A stretch of 64,000 bases of DNA from an uncultured Candidatus Saccharibacteria bacterium (GCA_964484655.1 CAZAFA010000001.1:164742-228741); one strand, 5' to 3'; shown: positions 41,375 through 50,862, counted from the first letter of the stretch. The notes: generated from the letters alone by a model not told the origin. Numbers and translations are program-made.

Positions 41375-43051
41375 CTACCGCTTTGGCAAGGCTACGAGGG
41401 CAGCAAGGGCCTCGTCGAGCGCTTCCTGGTCCCCCGCGCGCTCCGCGTCCGCGATGACGGCGGACAGCCGCGCCCGCTCCTCGGCGAGATATACCGCCTC
41501 GAGGTCCTGGAGCAGGCGGCGCAGCGTCGCGCCGCCGAGCACCGACGAGACGCCGGTCACGATCCGCTGCAGCGCCGCGTCGAGCTCCTCGTCCTCGCTC
41601 TGCGCCTGGTCCGCGCGGAGCAGCTCGAGCACCTTCTGTGCGGAGGACGGCAGGTGATGGCTCTGCACCTGCCCGAGCGAACGCTCGTGGTAGGCGGCGG
41701 CGAGCACCTGCTCGGCGAGCACGTCCCACTTCGTGGTCTCGCGCGCAGCGGCAGCCGGGCGCGGCGCCTCGGGACGCGTCTGAGGCTCGTCGCGGCGGGC
41801 GATCCTCTCCTCCTGGAGGATGCCTTCGGCGATCCCCGTCTTGCGGCTGAGGAACTGGAGCCACTTCGCGCGCTGAACCGGGCTCGGGATCTCCGCGACC
41901 AGGGCCAGGATGCGGCGCAGGACGCCGATCGCCTCCGCGGAACGGAAATCCATGCCTGCGTCGATGAGGCGGTCCACCCATGCCTCGACGACCGGCACCG
42001 CCTCCTCGACCGCTGCCGGCACCGCCTCAGGCTCCTCGAGCGCCAGATCGGCGGCATCCTTGCCGCGCGGCCAGCGGACGACGCGCACGTCGAGCCCGGC
42101 GCGCAGCGCGAGCTGCGCCGCCTTCTCTGCCGCGATCCAGCCGGCGTCGTCGGCATCGAAGGCCAGGTCGAGGGCGGGAGCGCTCCGCGCGAGCAGCGAC
42201 ACGTGGTCCTGCGTGAACGCGGTGCCGCTGAGCGCCACGACGTTCTTCACGCCGGACTGCCAGCATGCGACCGCATCCACCTGCCCCTCGACGAGGACGG
42301 CGCGGCCGGCGGAGCGGATCGCGTCTTTCGTCTTCCCGTAGGCGTACAGGACCTTGCCCTTGGTGAAGATCGGCGTCTCGGGGCTGTTGACGTACTTGCC
42401 GAGGTTGCCCGTGTCGAACTGCGGGTGGATGCGCCCGGTGAAAGCCACCGGCTTCCCGAGCGCGGACCAGATCGGGAACATGAGGCGGGCGCGGAAGCGG
42501 TCCCGCAGGCCGTACTCGGTCTTCACGGACAGGCCCGCGCGGACGAGGTCCTCGCCGTCGAAGCCCTCGAGCATAAGGTGCTTGGTGAGCAGGTCAGGAT
42601 CCGGCGGCGCCCAGCCGACGTCGAAGAAGTCCGCGGCCTCGGGAAGGATGCCGCGCTCGATGAGATACTTCATCGGGATCTCGTCGGTGACGTGCTTGCG
42701 GAAGAACTCCGCGGCAGCTGCGTTCGCGCGGTACAGCACGCCGGTGAAGCGCTCCTCGGCGGGACTGACCCTGCGGAGCTCGACGCCCGCCTTCTCGGCG
42801 AGTAGCCGGAGCGCGTCGCGGAACTCCACGTGCTCGTACTCCTGCACGAAGGCGAAGATGTCCCCGCCCTTGCCGCAGCCGAAGCACTTCCAGGAGCCGC
42901 GGTCCGGCGTGACCACGAAGCTCGGCGTCTTCTCGCCGTGGAACGGGCACCGGGCCTTGAAGTTGCGGCCTGCCGGCGCGAGCTCGATATAGCCCCGGAT
43001 GACGGTCGCGACGTCCAGCTTCTCCTTGATGAGCTCCACGGGGGTCGCCAT
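41375..43051 (-). CDS. dnaG: DNA primase
   Basis: CPFH.EKTPSF...CFGC zinc finger, KYVNSPET, VEG..D, DAD.AG TOPRIM. Confidence 0.95.
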   Translation of the reverse strand: MATPVELIKEKLDVATVIRGYIELAPAGRNFKARCPFHGEKTPSFVVTPDRGSWKCFGCGKGGDIFAFVQEYEHVEFRDALRLLAEKAGVELRRVSPAEERFTGVLYRANAAAAEFFRKHVTDEIPMKYLIERGILPEAADFFDVGWAPPDPDLLTKHLMLEGFDGEDLVRAGLSVKTEYGLRDRFRARLMFPIWSALGKPVAFTGRIHPQFDTGNLGKYVNSPETPIFTKGKVLYAYGKTKDAIRSAGRAVLVEGQVDAVACWQSGVKNVVALSGTAFTQDHVSLLARSAPALDLAFDADDAGWIAAEKAAQLALRAGLDVRVVRWPRGKDAADLALEEPEAVPAAVEEAVPVVEAWVDRLIDAGMDFRSAEAIGVLRRILALVAEIPSPVQRAKWLQFLSRKTGIAEGILQEERIARRDEPQTRPEAPRPAAAARETTKWDVLAEQVLAAAYHERSLGQVQSHHLPSSAQKVLELLRADQAQSEDEELDAALQRIVTGVSSVLGGATLRRLLQDLEAVYLAEERARLSAVIADAERAGDQEALDEALAALVALPKR

Positions 43052-43135
43052 GGCGCGAGTATAGGACACCGGGCCCCAGGCCGCATTGAAGGCCGCATGA
43101 GGCCTGTGTATACTCGCATCCGCCCTTGAAAACCT

Positions 43136-43222
43136 GCTGGGATGACAGAGTGGTCAATTGTACTTGACTGTAAATCAAGCGCCCTTGCGGCTACACAGGT
43201 TCGAATCCTGTTCCCAGCACCA
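43136..43222 (+). tRNA. tRNA-Tyr(GTA)
   Basis: GCTGGGA/TCCCAGC acceptor, CTTGA-CTGTAAA-TCAAG anticodon arm, long variable arm, TTCGAAT T-loop, encoded ACCA. Confidence 0.95.
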
Positions 43223-43226
43223 CCGA

Positions 43227-43260
43227 TAGCAAGACGCGCCCTCTGGGGCGCGTCTTGCTA
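43227..43260. terminator. Hairpin terminator between tRNA-Tyr and the convergent ORF
   Basis: TAGCAAGACGCGCCC / GGGCGCGTCTTGCTA perfect 15-bp stem. Confidence 0.75.
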
Positions 43261-44196
43261 TGCCTTCCTTTCACGGATCAGCCTCGTGAGGAGCGGACGC
43301 CTCTTGCGATGCTCGTCTGCGACCACCATCTGCCTGATGCTCTCCGGATCGCACCGCCTGATGTCCGCGATCATCTCGATGAGCTGGTCCGCGGTGCTCC
43401 GCGGCATCCTGCCCTGGCGGACGATCTCGCTTTCCAGCGCGTCCTTGAGGTACTGCGCGCTGAGGATGTAGTGACGGCGGATCTGGCTCTCTATCCCTGA
43501 CGGAATCTGCTTGCCGAAGTACGAGCATTGGATGAGCGCCTGCACCATGGAGCGCATCCCGAGCGGCGACTTCTGGATAGCCTCCTTGTCGGAGGCGCGA
43601 TTCTTCCATGCGTCCATGAGACTATCAAGCTCCTCCTGACCGTACCGCACCACGACCTGCGGCACCTTCTGCGCGCCGTACGTGCTCGATGCCCGGTCTA
43701 CGCAGAACTGGTACTTCATCTGCGCGTCTGGATGATGATCCACCCTGTAGGCGATGTCCTTGAACTTCTCTTCGTACTGGTCGAGTCCGGTCGTCAGGTC
43801 GAGCCCGAGCTTCGCCTTCATCATCGGCGCGCCGTCGACGTCCGCTCCGCGCACGGCGGCGACCACGTCGTAGCCGTTCCTCTTGTCGTCGTAGTTGCTC
43901 CACTTGAGCGCGTGGAAGTCCTGCCCGAACCACCGGGCCTGGTCGATGCCGTAGTGTGTCAGCGCCTCCTGGAAGACCGAGTACTTCTTGCCGGCGTCGT
44001 CGGCGTTCTCGTACCGGGGTGCCGACCGATACTCCTTCACGCCCTCGTCGCCGTTGTAGTGAAGCTTGATATCGAAGTCGTTGAGCTCCTCGGCGGCGAG
44101 GTAGGACTTGCTGCTCTCGTAGACCTCGTTGAGCTTGGCCTCCGGACTCTCGGTGCTTATGAGGGCCTTCGCCGCGAAATTCCCGTCGCCTGGCAT
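43258..44196 (-). CDS. Hypothetical protein, possible divergent PD-(D/E)xK-like fold
   Basis: 312-aa ORF; TATACT 6 nt before ATG; SNYDDKRNGYD...LGLDLT motif. Confidence 0.7.
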   Translation of the reverse strand: MPGDGNFAAKALISTESPEAKLNEVYESSKSYLAAEELNDFDIKLHYNGDEGVKEYRSAPRYENADDAGKKYSVFQEALTHYGIDQARWFGQDFHALKWSNYDDKRNGYDVVAAVRGADVDGAPMMKAKLGLDLTTGLDQYEEKFKDIAYRVDHHPDAQMKYQFCVDRASSTYGAQKVPQVVVRYGQEELDSLMDAWKNRASDKEAIQKSPLGMRSMVQALIQCSYFGKQIPSGIESQIRRHYILSAQYLKDALESEIVRQGRMPRSTADQLIEMIADIRRCDPESIRQMVVADEHRKRRPLLTRLIRERKA

Positions 44197-44255
44197 GCAA
44201 AAAGTATAGGCGCTCCCTCAGGAAGCGCCTATATCCATTCATACCCTCGGGATTC

Positions 44256-44597
44256 CTAGATCATCTCGGAAAGCGCGGTCACGATGACCTCGATCTCCGC
44301 GAGCACCTTCTGCGCCCGCGCGTCGGTCTGTCCCTTGGTCGCGTTCGCGAGCGCATCGGGCAGCATGGTGACGATGCTGTTGAGCGGAATCAGCTCCGTC
44401 GGGTTGTCCTCGGGATGGTTCACGGTCTGGTTGAGGCTGTTCAGCAGTCCCACCAGATACCGGTCCGCATCCGTCTTCTTAATACCGAGCTCCCTGTATC
44501 TCTCCGCGGTAGCCGCCGCTTGGGCGGCCAGCGTGGTGAGACGCAGGCGCTCGTCTTCGTCTTCTTCCGTTCTATGTGATTGAGCCGCTTGGCTCAT
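44256..44597 (-). CDS. Hypothetical helical protein
   Basis: 113-aa ORF with SD GGAGGT. Confidence 0.6.
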   Translation of the reverse strand: MSQAAQSHRTEEDEDERLRLTTLAAQAAATAERYRELGIKKTDADRYLVGLLNSLNQTVNHPEDNPTELIPLNSIVTMLPDALANATKGQTDARAQKVLAEIEVIVTALSEMI

Positions 44598-44745
44598 ACG
44601 TTCTACCTCCAGATGGATTAGCTAAATAGCCACTATTATTTATACCTTATTTTATTGATTTCGTCAAAGATTTACCGTGTCATGATTGACTAGATAGCAT
44701 TTCGTGGTCATATTCCCATCAGATCTTCTAGAGGAGAGAACGAAT

Positions 44746-45336
44746 ATGAATGTCCTTGCATTGCCGGCGGAAGCGCCGGATCCCAGCGGCCCGCTTCCTG
44801 AGTTCCTAAGGAACCACATGCCGATCAGCCCGCTGCAGTTCTTCCAAGGACTGTGCGCTGCCTGCTTCGGCGATCGGGACTGCCCTACCCCGCGCGAATG
44901 GGCGAAGTTCGTCGTCTCGGGCGCCATCATCAGCTCGTGCGGCGGCGCGCTGCCCAAGCCGTGCAGCCTCGCTCACCCGAACGACGTCGCCCGCGAGCTC
45001 TGGAAGGCGACGTGGAACGCGCTCGCGTCCGCCGCCGTCTTCACCGAGGACACGCGGCGGATGCTCCTGCATCTCATGCTTCCCAAGCCGGAGTACGCCC
45101 ACGGCGAGCATCCTGAGCTGGTGACACTGTTCGAGTCACTGTGGCTGGTCACGCACCTGCCGCGGACCACGCTGCACTCCGTGAGCCAGCTCAGGGAGCA
45201 CGTCGTCGAGCATGCGGCCGCTGCATTCCGCAACAGTATGCGCGCGCACGCGCCCGACCTGGCGCTCATCGGCGAGCACGCGGAGGCGCCGCGCGTCGCG
45301 ACGCTCGCGTACATGCGCACGCGGTACCAGTGGTGA
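44746..45336 (+). CDS. Hypothetical protein (Cys-containing)
   Basis: SD GAGGAG before ATG 44746; followed by a terminator. Confidence 0.6.
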   Translation: MNVLALPAEAPDPSGPLPEFLRNHMPISPLQFFQGLCAACFGDRDCPTPREWAKFVVSGAIISSCGGALPKPCSLAHPNDVARELWKATWNALASAAVFTEDTRRMLLHLMLPKPEYAHGEHPELVTLFESLWLVTHLPRTTLHSVSQLREHVVEHAAAAFRNSMRAHAPDLALIGEHAEAPRVATLAYMRTRYQW

Positions 45337-45347
45337 CTGAATAGAGA

Positions 45348-45371
45348 AAAGGCGGCCTGCGGGCCGCCTTT
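45348..45371 (+). terminator. Intrinsic terminator
   Basis: AAAGGCGGCC-TGCG-GGCCGCCTTT. Confidence 0.7.
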
Positions 45372-45444
45372 CGCTTGACGCTTCGCCGAAGTTGACGCAC
45401 CGTGACCGCAGATACTTCATTCTAGATACAAGGAGGCGAGCGAA

Positions 45445-46134
45445 ATGGCTCAACCGAAGCAATCCAACATCAACTGGGAGGCATGCTCCGCGTTCATGCT
45501 CGAGCAGGCGCTCCTGCTCGAGCAGAGGCTCCCCGAGCTTCTCAAGCAGCACCCTGCACTCGACGCCGATCTTTGGACGGACTCGTATCCGCCCTCGATC
45601 TACGTGACGGTGTGGGTGCCGATGCGTCGCCCGACGAACCGGAAGCGGACCAGCCTCTCGCGCGGTGAGAACAAGCTGATACCCGACGTCATGGCAGTGA
45701 TGACCGACGAGGAGATCGCGGACGCGTCCGCGCTCGTCGCGGAGCTCGCCGGCGACCTCAGGGCTAAGCGCGCCTATCCGCAGGAGGAGACGCATTGCCA
45801 GGTGTACCTGATCAAGCCCGACTACGGCAGGTTCACGTACGCAGCCCTGGAGCGTGCGGCGCGACAGAAGGAAAATCTCGCCGACGGCGTGGCGCTCTTC
45901 ATGCTCCGCGAGCATACCTACGCTATCGAGCACAATCCCAACTGCCCGAAGCCGTACCTGGTCCGCCTCGTCGGCGCGCCGGGCATGCTCGACGGCAAGC
46001 CCGTCCGCGAAACCGAGGATCATCTCGGTTACGGGACGACCCTGAAGGAGGCGGCTGTCGAGGCGCTCCGGAACAAGGCTGAGTGGAAGAACGCGCGCGT
46101 GCCCATACAGAAGGTCGCGGAAGCGGCGAAATAG
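45445..46134 (+). CDS. Hypothetical protein
   Basis: 229-aa ORF with SD AAGGAGG; followed by a terminator. Confidence 0.65.
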   Translation: MAQPKQSNINWEACSAFMLEQALLLEQRLPELLKQHPALDADLWTDSYPPSIYVTVWVPMRRPTNRKRTSLSRGENKLIPDVMAVMTDEEIADASALVAELAGDLRAKRAYPQEETHCQVYLIKPDYGRFTYAALERAARQKENLADGVALFMLREHTYAIEHNPNCPKPYLVRLVGAPGMLDGKPVRETEDHLGYGTTLKEAAVEALRNKAEWKNARVPIQKVAEAAK

Positions 46135-46136
46135 AG

Positions 46137-46161
46137 AAAAGGCGGCTCAGTGCCGCCTTTT
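46137..46161. terminator. Bidirectional intrinsic terminator
   Basis: AAAAGGCGGC-TCAGT-GCCGCCTTTT between convergent genes. Confidence 0.75.
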
Positions 46162-46177
46162 CCTTCGCCTTGAAGCC

Positions 46178-46630
46178 TCAGGCCTCGTACCGCGCGAACT
46201 TCGCGATGCGGCAGTTCTCGCCGGTCTTGGCGATGAGCTCGTTGAGGAGGTCGCCGACGGTCTTGCTGTCGTTCTTCACGAACGGCTGCGCGAGGAGCTC
46301 GTCCACGTCGGCCGGGTTCATGGCGGCGATGTGCATCACCACGTCCTTGGCGAGGTCCTGGAACGGCTCGGAGCGGACGACGAAGTCCGTCTCGGCGCGC
46401 ATGTCGAGCATCACGCCGACGCGGCCGTTGTGCACGTACGTCTCGATGAGAGCCGCGCCGGTCTCGCGCTCGGAGCGCTTCCCTGCCTTCACGCCCGCCT
46501 TCTCAGCGAGGACCGCGAGCGCCTTGTCGTAGTCGCCGTCTGCCTCCTTGAGCGCGGTCTTGGCGTCCATGACGCCGGCGCCGGTCTGCTCGCGGAGCTG
46601 CTGGATAAGTTCCATCGTGATCTCTGCCAT
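46178..46630 (-). CDS. tsf: Elongation factor Ts (short form)
   Basis: LREQTGAGVMDAK.AL, ETDFV, MHIAAMNP, GENC.I.KFARY. Confidence 0.92.
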   Translation of the reverse strand: MAEITMELIQQLREQTGAGVMDAKTALKEADGDYDKALAVLAEKAGVKAGKRSERETGAALIETYVHNGRVGVMLDMRAETDFVVRSEPFQDLAKDVVMHIAAMNPADVDELLAQPFVKNDSKTVGDLLNELIAKTGENCRIAKFARYEA

Positions 46631-46657
46631 GGGTAAAAAAATAAGACGGGTTGCTGA

Positions 46658-47389
46658 CTACTCCGCGGGAGCCGGGGCCGGTGCGCGCTCGATCGCCTCC
46701 TGCACCTTCTCGAGGAACCAGGAGATACTCTTGCGACCCTGCACGTTGCCCGGGACCAGGTACGTCACGCCATCCGGAGCCGCGTCGACGTTGCCGAAGG
46801 CGACGACCGGGATGCCGAGCTTCTTAGCCTCGAGGACCGCAGTGCGATGCTCGCTCGGGTCGATGACCAGGAGCGCGTCAGGGGCGCGGAGGAGGTTCTC
46901 GAACGAGCCGAGGTTGCTCTCGAGCTTCTGGAGGAGCTGCTGCGCGGCGGTGCGCTCCTTCTTCACGTACTTGTCCATGGCGCCGGAGGTCAGGTCGGCG
47001 CGGAGCTTCTTGAGGTGCGCGATGCGCGCGGAGATCATCGGGAAGTTCGTCATCAGGCCGCCGATCCAGCGGTTGGTGACGCTGGGCATGCCGGTCTCCT
47101 GGAGGAAATCCTGGAAAAGGTCAGCGAAGGCCGGCTGGGTGCCGACGAACAGCACGTTCTTGCCCTGCTGCTTCATGCTCGCGAGGAACGCGAGGGCCTT
47201 CTCGAGCACATCGAGGGTCACGTTGAGGTTGACTACCTCCATGCCGTTGCGGGTATAGAGCACCGCGGACTTCATGCGCGGGTTGCTGTTCCGCTTGCTC
47301 CGCCCGTAGAAGACGCCCGCCTCGATCGCCTCCTTCAGGGAAGCCTCGAGCTTGGGGTCGACGGCGGTCGCGTTCTTCGTTTCAGACAC
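46658..47389 (-). CDS. rpsB: 30S ribosomal protein S2
   Basis: EAGVFYG...NP.M, LFVGT, RWIGGLMTNF, EAKKLGIPVV. Confidence 0.92.
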   Translation of the reverse strand: MSETKNATAVDPKLEASLKEAIEAGVFYGRSKRNSNPRMKSAVLYTRNGMEVVNLNVTLDVLEKALAFLASMKQQGKNVLFVGTQPAFADLFQDFLQETGMPSVTNRWIGGLMTNFPMISARIAHLKKLRADLTSGAMDKYVKKERTAAQQLLQKLESNLGSFENLLRAPDALLVIDPSEHRTAVLEAKKLGIPVVAFGNVDAAPDGVTYLVPGNVQGRKSISWFLEKVQEAIERAPAPAPAE

Positions 47390-47422
47390 GAGTGGCAGTC
47401 TACGCGTAAATCACGCCCAGTG

Positions 47423-48472
47423 TCAAAGGGTTTCGGCGATGGTTCCCGCCGCGAGGACGGCTCCCTCGGCGCCGTAGCAGGCGGCGAGCTGCCCGGGCGC
47501 TGCAGTCGGATGCGGCGCAACGAACCGGAGCTCGCCCGTAGCCGGATGGAAGGTCGCCGGCGCGAGCGCCTGGCGGTACCGCGTGCGGGCGAGCACCTCG
47601 ACCGGCTCGTGTCCGAGTCCGTGCGTCACCAGGTCGGTCAGGCGCGCGCCGGAGATCGTCAGCGACCCGTCGGTTACCTCAGCGACGGTGAGCGTGTTGG
47701 CTGCAATGTCGCGGGAGGCGACGTAGTACGGCGGGGTCGGCGCGGAGCCGTGCCGGCGCGTGACGCGGAAGCCGGACCGCTGCCCGACGGTGTAGAACCA
47801 GGCGCCGTCGTGCTCCCCGATCCGCTCTCCGTCCGGACCGACGACTATCCCCGCTTTGACCGGCAGCCGCGTACGGAGGTAGTCCGAGAGCGAGACCTTG
47901 CCGAGGAAGCAGATGCCCTGCGAGTCCTTCTTCGTCGCGGTATGCAGGCCTGCTTCCGCTGCGATCTTCCGCACCTCGGGCTTCGTGAGCTCCCCGAGCG
48001 GGAAGACCGCGTGCGCGAGCTGCTCTTCCGTGAGAAGCGCGAGGAAATACGACTGGTCCTTCTCCGCGTCGAGACCGGCCGCGAGGAAGTGGCGGCCATC
48101 CCGTTCCACGACACGCGCATAGTGGCCGGTCGCGACAGCATCCGCGCCTGCCGCGCGCGCCGCCTCGAGGAAGGCGCCGAACTTGATGACGCGGTTGCAG
48201 GCGACGTCGGGGTTCGGAGTGAGGCCGTGCGCGTACCCGGCGACGAGCGGCTCGACGACGGACTTCCGGTACTGCTCCTCGAAGTCCCAGGAGTAGAACG
48301 GGATGCCCAGGTGCGCGGCCACCTTCCGCGCATCCTCGGCGTCGGCGTCGGCGCAGCCATCCAGGTTCATGCAACGAAGGAAGACGCCTGCGACGTCGTG
48401 CCCTTGCTCCTTGAGCAGGTACGCCGCGGCGGACGAGTCGACGCCGCCGGAGAGGCCTACGAAAACGCGCAT
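47423..48472 (-). CDS. mnmA: tRNA 2-thiouridine(34) synthase
   Basis: SGGVDSS, TPNPDVACN, ATGHYA, KDQSYFL, KKDSQGICF. Confidence 0.95.
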   Translation of the reverse strand: MRVFVGLSGGVDSSAAAYLLKEQGHDVAGVFLRCMNLDGCADADAEDARKVAAHLGIPFYSWDFEEQYRKSVVEPLVAGYAHGLTPNPDVACNRVIKFGAFLEAARAAGADAVATGHYARVVERDGRHFLAAGLDAEKDQSYFLALLTEEQLAHAVFPLGELTKPEVRKIAAEAGLHTATKKDSQGICFLGKVSLSDYLRTRLPVKAGIVVGPDGERIGEHDGAWFYTVGQRSGFRVTRRHGSAPTPPYYVASRDIAANTLTVAEVTDGSLTISGARLTDLVTHGLGHEPVEVLARTRYRQALAPATFHPATGELRFVAPHPTAAPGQLAACYGAEGAVLAAGTIAETL

Positions 48473-48513
48473 GCGGCCATTGTGGCCGTATTACGCCCGC
48501 CTTGCATAGGGCC

Positions 48514-49077
48514 CTACTTGACCCGCTCCGTGTACTCGCCGGTCTCAGTGTTCACGCGGATGGTCTCCCCTGCCTCGATGAACTGCGGCACCGCAATCTG
48601 CGCGCCGGTCTCGAGCGTGACGAGCTTGTTGCCGCCGGCGGCCGTGGCTCCCTTGATCACGGGCGGCGCCTCCTTCACGAGCAGGTCCATCTTTATCGGG
48701 AACTTCACCGAGATGATCTTGTCGTTGAAGGTGCGCGCCTCGACAGTCGTGTTCTCCTTGGCGAAGCGACCCTGGTCACCGACGACGTCCGCCGCGAGCG
48801 AGAAGCGGTCCTTAGGATTCTTCGGGTCCGCGAACCAGAACTCGCCCTTGTTCTGGTACAGGAAGCTGTATTCCTTCCGATCCACGTCCGCCTCCTCGAA
48901 GTTGTCGCTCGCCGTGAAGTTGCGGTCGATGACCTTGCCGTTGATGAGGTTGCGCATCTTGGTCTGCATGACCGCCTTGCGCTGCTGCATACGGAGGAAG
49001 CCGGATTCGACGACCTCGTACGGCTGGCCCTCGTAGACGAAGACGACGCCCTTCCTGAGTTCCGAGTATGAGAGCAT
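48514..49077 (-). CDS. efp: Elongation factor P
   Basis: ELRKG, KMRNLING, P..KG.TA.GG.K...LETG....VP.FI..GE...VNT.TGEY..R. Confidence 0.9.
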   Translation of the reverse strand: MLSYSELRKGVVFVYEGQPYEVVESGFLRMQQRKAVMQTKMRNLINGKVIDRNFTASDNFEEADVDRKEYSFLYQNKGEFWFADPKNPKDRFSLAADVVGDQGRFAKENTTVEARTFNDKIISVKFPIKMDLLVKEAPPVIKGATAAGGNKLVTLETGAQIAVPQFIEAGETIRVNTETGEYTERVK

Positions 49078-49198
49078 GGGAAATCTGTACGTGCTGCTGT
49101 TCACGGCCAGCCTACCGTACGAGCGGCGCGGCGGGCAACCTGTCTTTGACAGGACCGGGCCGCTTCCGCTTCACTATCCCGTACTGGAGGTGAACCCC

Positions 49199-49432
49199 TT
49201 GAAAACTTTTGCGTGCTTTTTCGCTTCGTTCCTGTTTTTGCACGGCTTCGGCGGCATATTCCGTGACCATCTCGGCTCACGGCTCGCCGGGGTCGGCGCG
49301 ATCCTGGTCCTTCTCCTCGTGATCGTGCTGCTCATGATCGGCTTGGAGATCGATGCTCCGCGGACCCGTGCCGGCAAGGCTGCGGCGTTCGGCGTCATCG
49401 CAGCGATACTGCTGACCTGCTTCGGCAGATGA
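49199..49432 (+). CDS. Small three-TM membrane protein
   Basis: TTG start 6 nt after SD GGAGGTG; hydrophobic helices; UUCG hairpin after the stop. Confidence 0.55.
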   Translation: MKTFACFFASFLFLHGFGGIFRDHLGSRLAGVGAILVLLLVIVLLMIGLEIDAPRTRAGKAAAFGVIAAILLTCFGR

Positions 49433-49438
49433 TTCCTT

Positions 49439-49456
49439 GGCGCCCTTCGGGGCGCT
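49439..49456. terminator. Terminator hairpin between convergent genes
   Basis: GGCGCCC-TTCG-GGGCGCT. Confidence 0.6.
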
Positions 49457-49461
49457 TTGCG

Positions 49462-50154
49462 CTATCTTGCTGCGAGATAGCTCGCCACCGTCACCGCGGT
49501 CTCGGCGCGGAGGATGCGTTTCCCCAGCGAGACCTGCGTCCAGCCGTTGTGCTCCGCGTCCGCTATTTCCCGGTCGCTGAATCCCCCTTCGGGACCGACC
49601 AGGATCGCAACCTCTTCCTCGAGGGGAAGTGATGCGAGGTCGGGTCCGGACATGGTAGAGGCGATGAGCCGCTGCCCGGTGATGGACGTGACGACGTCCG
49701 CGAACTCCTCGATCTGCCCGATCTCGGGCACGCTCGCGCGGCCGCACTGCTCCGCGGCTTCCTTCGCGATGGCACGCAGGCGCACGAGGTTCACGTTCGG
49801 CTTCACGGTGCGCTCCGTCACGACGGGCACGATCCTCGCGACGCCGCACTCAGTCGCCTTCTGACACGCCCACTCGAACGTGTCCCGCTTGGTAATAGCC
49901 GCATAGACGGTTGCGCGGCGCGCGGGCTCGGCATCAACCTCCTGCGGCGCGCGGATGGCAAGCATGACGACGTCGCCTCGATACTCCTCGACGACGGCGA
50001 CGGCCTCGGCGCCGGACCCGTCGCTGACGACGATCTCGTCACCGGTCCTGATGCGCAGGACGCTGCGCAGCTGCTTGGCGAGATACGGGTCCCGGATGCC
50101 GACGGTGTCCTCCTTAAGGACGATGCCCGGGATGATGAAGCGGTGGCGGCGCAT
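49462..50154 (-). CDS. rsmE: 16S rRNA m3U1498 methyltransferase RsmE
   Basis: VLR...GD, QKATECGV, EAAEQC.R, VGPEGGFS, LG.RILRAETA. Confidence 0.93.
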   Translation of the reverse strand: MRRHRFIIPGIVLKEDTVGIRDPYLAKQLRSVLRIRTGDEIVVSDGSGAEAVAVVEEYRGDVVMLAIRAPQEVDAEPARRATVYAAITKRDTFEWACQKATECGVARIVPVVTERTVKPNVNLVRLRAIAKEAAEQCGRASVPEIGQIEEFADVVTSITGQRLIASTMSGPDLASLPLEEEVAILVGPEGGFSDREIADAEHNGWTQVSLGKRILRAETAVTVASYLAAR

Positions 50155-50172
50155 GCGAAGAGGATAGCGTAT

Positions 50173-50832
50173 TCAGGAGCGTGTCCGAGCCATCCTCACT
50201 GCGGCATACCCGGCCGCGATGCCTACCAGTGCGCCGGCGACCACGTCCGAGAGCCAGTGGAACCCGACCGCGGCGCCCGCGCCGACGACGCATGCCCAGA
50301 TAACCGCCGCTACCCGCCACGAGGTGCGGCGCAGCATCAGGTACAGGACCGTGGCGCCTGCTGCAGCGACAGCCGTGTGATGCGAGGGCCAGCCCCAGAA
50401 GATGCCGTGGCGCCAGAGGCCGAACTGGAAGCCCTGGCTGATGTCGATGCCGACGCCGAGCGCGTCCGGGTGCAGGCGGCCGGTGATTGCCTTGTACGCG
50501 GCGACGATGATCCATACGGATGCCGACGCGTAGAACAGGCTAGTCGCGAGGCGGACACGCTCCGCGATGCGGCGCGACCTGCCGCTCGCATAGAGCCAGG
50601 CAGGCAGCAGCACCGGGACCAGGAAACCACCGAGGCCTGCCACCGCTACTAGGATGCGCAGCGCGGGATGACGCGTCGCCTGATAGAACTGCCAGTCGAG
50701 GCTGGACAAGACGATCGCCGCGGTCGCGATGCATCCAGCGACGTGGAGCATCCAGAGACGCCCGCGATACGATGCGTGAATGTGGTCTATCATCCGCCTG
50801 GCAATGCGGCGCGCTTTCATCTGCCTGGGCAT
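50173..50832 (-). CDS. PAP2 family membrane phosphatase
   Basis: K.ITGR.HP, WPSHH, HWLSDVVAG motifs; multiple TMs. Confidence 0.8.
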   Translation of the reverse strand: MPRQMKARRIARRMIDHIHASYRGRLWMLHVAGCIATAAIVLSSLDWQFYQATRHPALRILVAVAGLGGFLVPVLLPAWLYASGRSRRIAERVRLATSLFYASASVWIIVAAYKAITGRLHPDALGVGIDISQGFQFGLWRHGIFWGWPSHHTAVAAAGATVLYLMLRRTSWRVAAVIWACVVGAGAAVGFHWLSDVVAGALVGIAAGYAAVRMARTRS

Positions 50833-50862
50833 AACGTGTGCATAATAATAGACCTTTTTCAG

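Noticed and set aside
43078-43105. Short direct repeat AGGCCGCAT x2 between dnaG and tRNA-Tyr
   Set aside because: Only 9 bp and GC-rich in a divergent promoter region, which is too little to call a binding site.
43136-46177. Integrative element or prophage at tRNA-Tyr
   Set aside because: No integrase, no phage genes and no visible duplicate of the tRNA 3' end.
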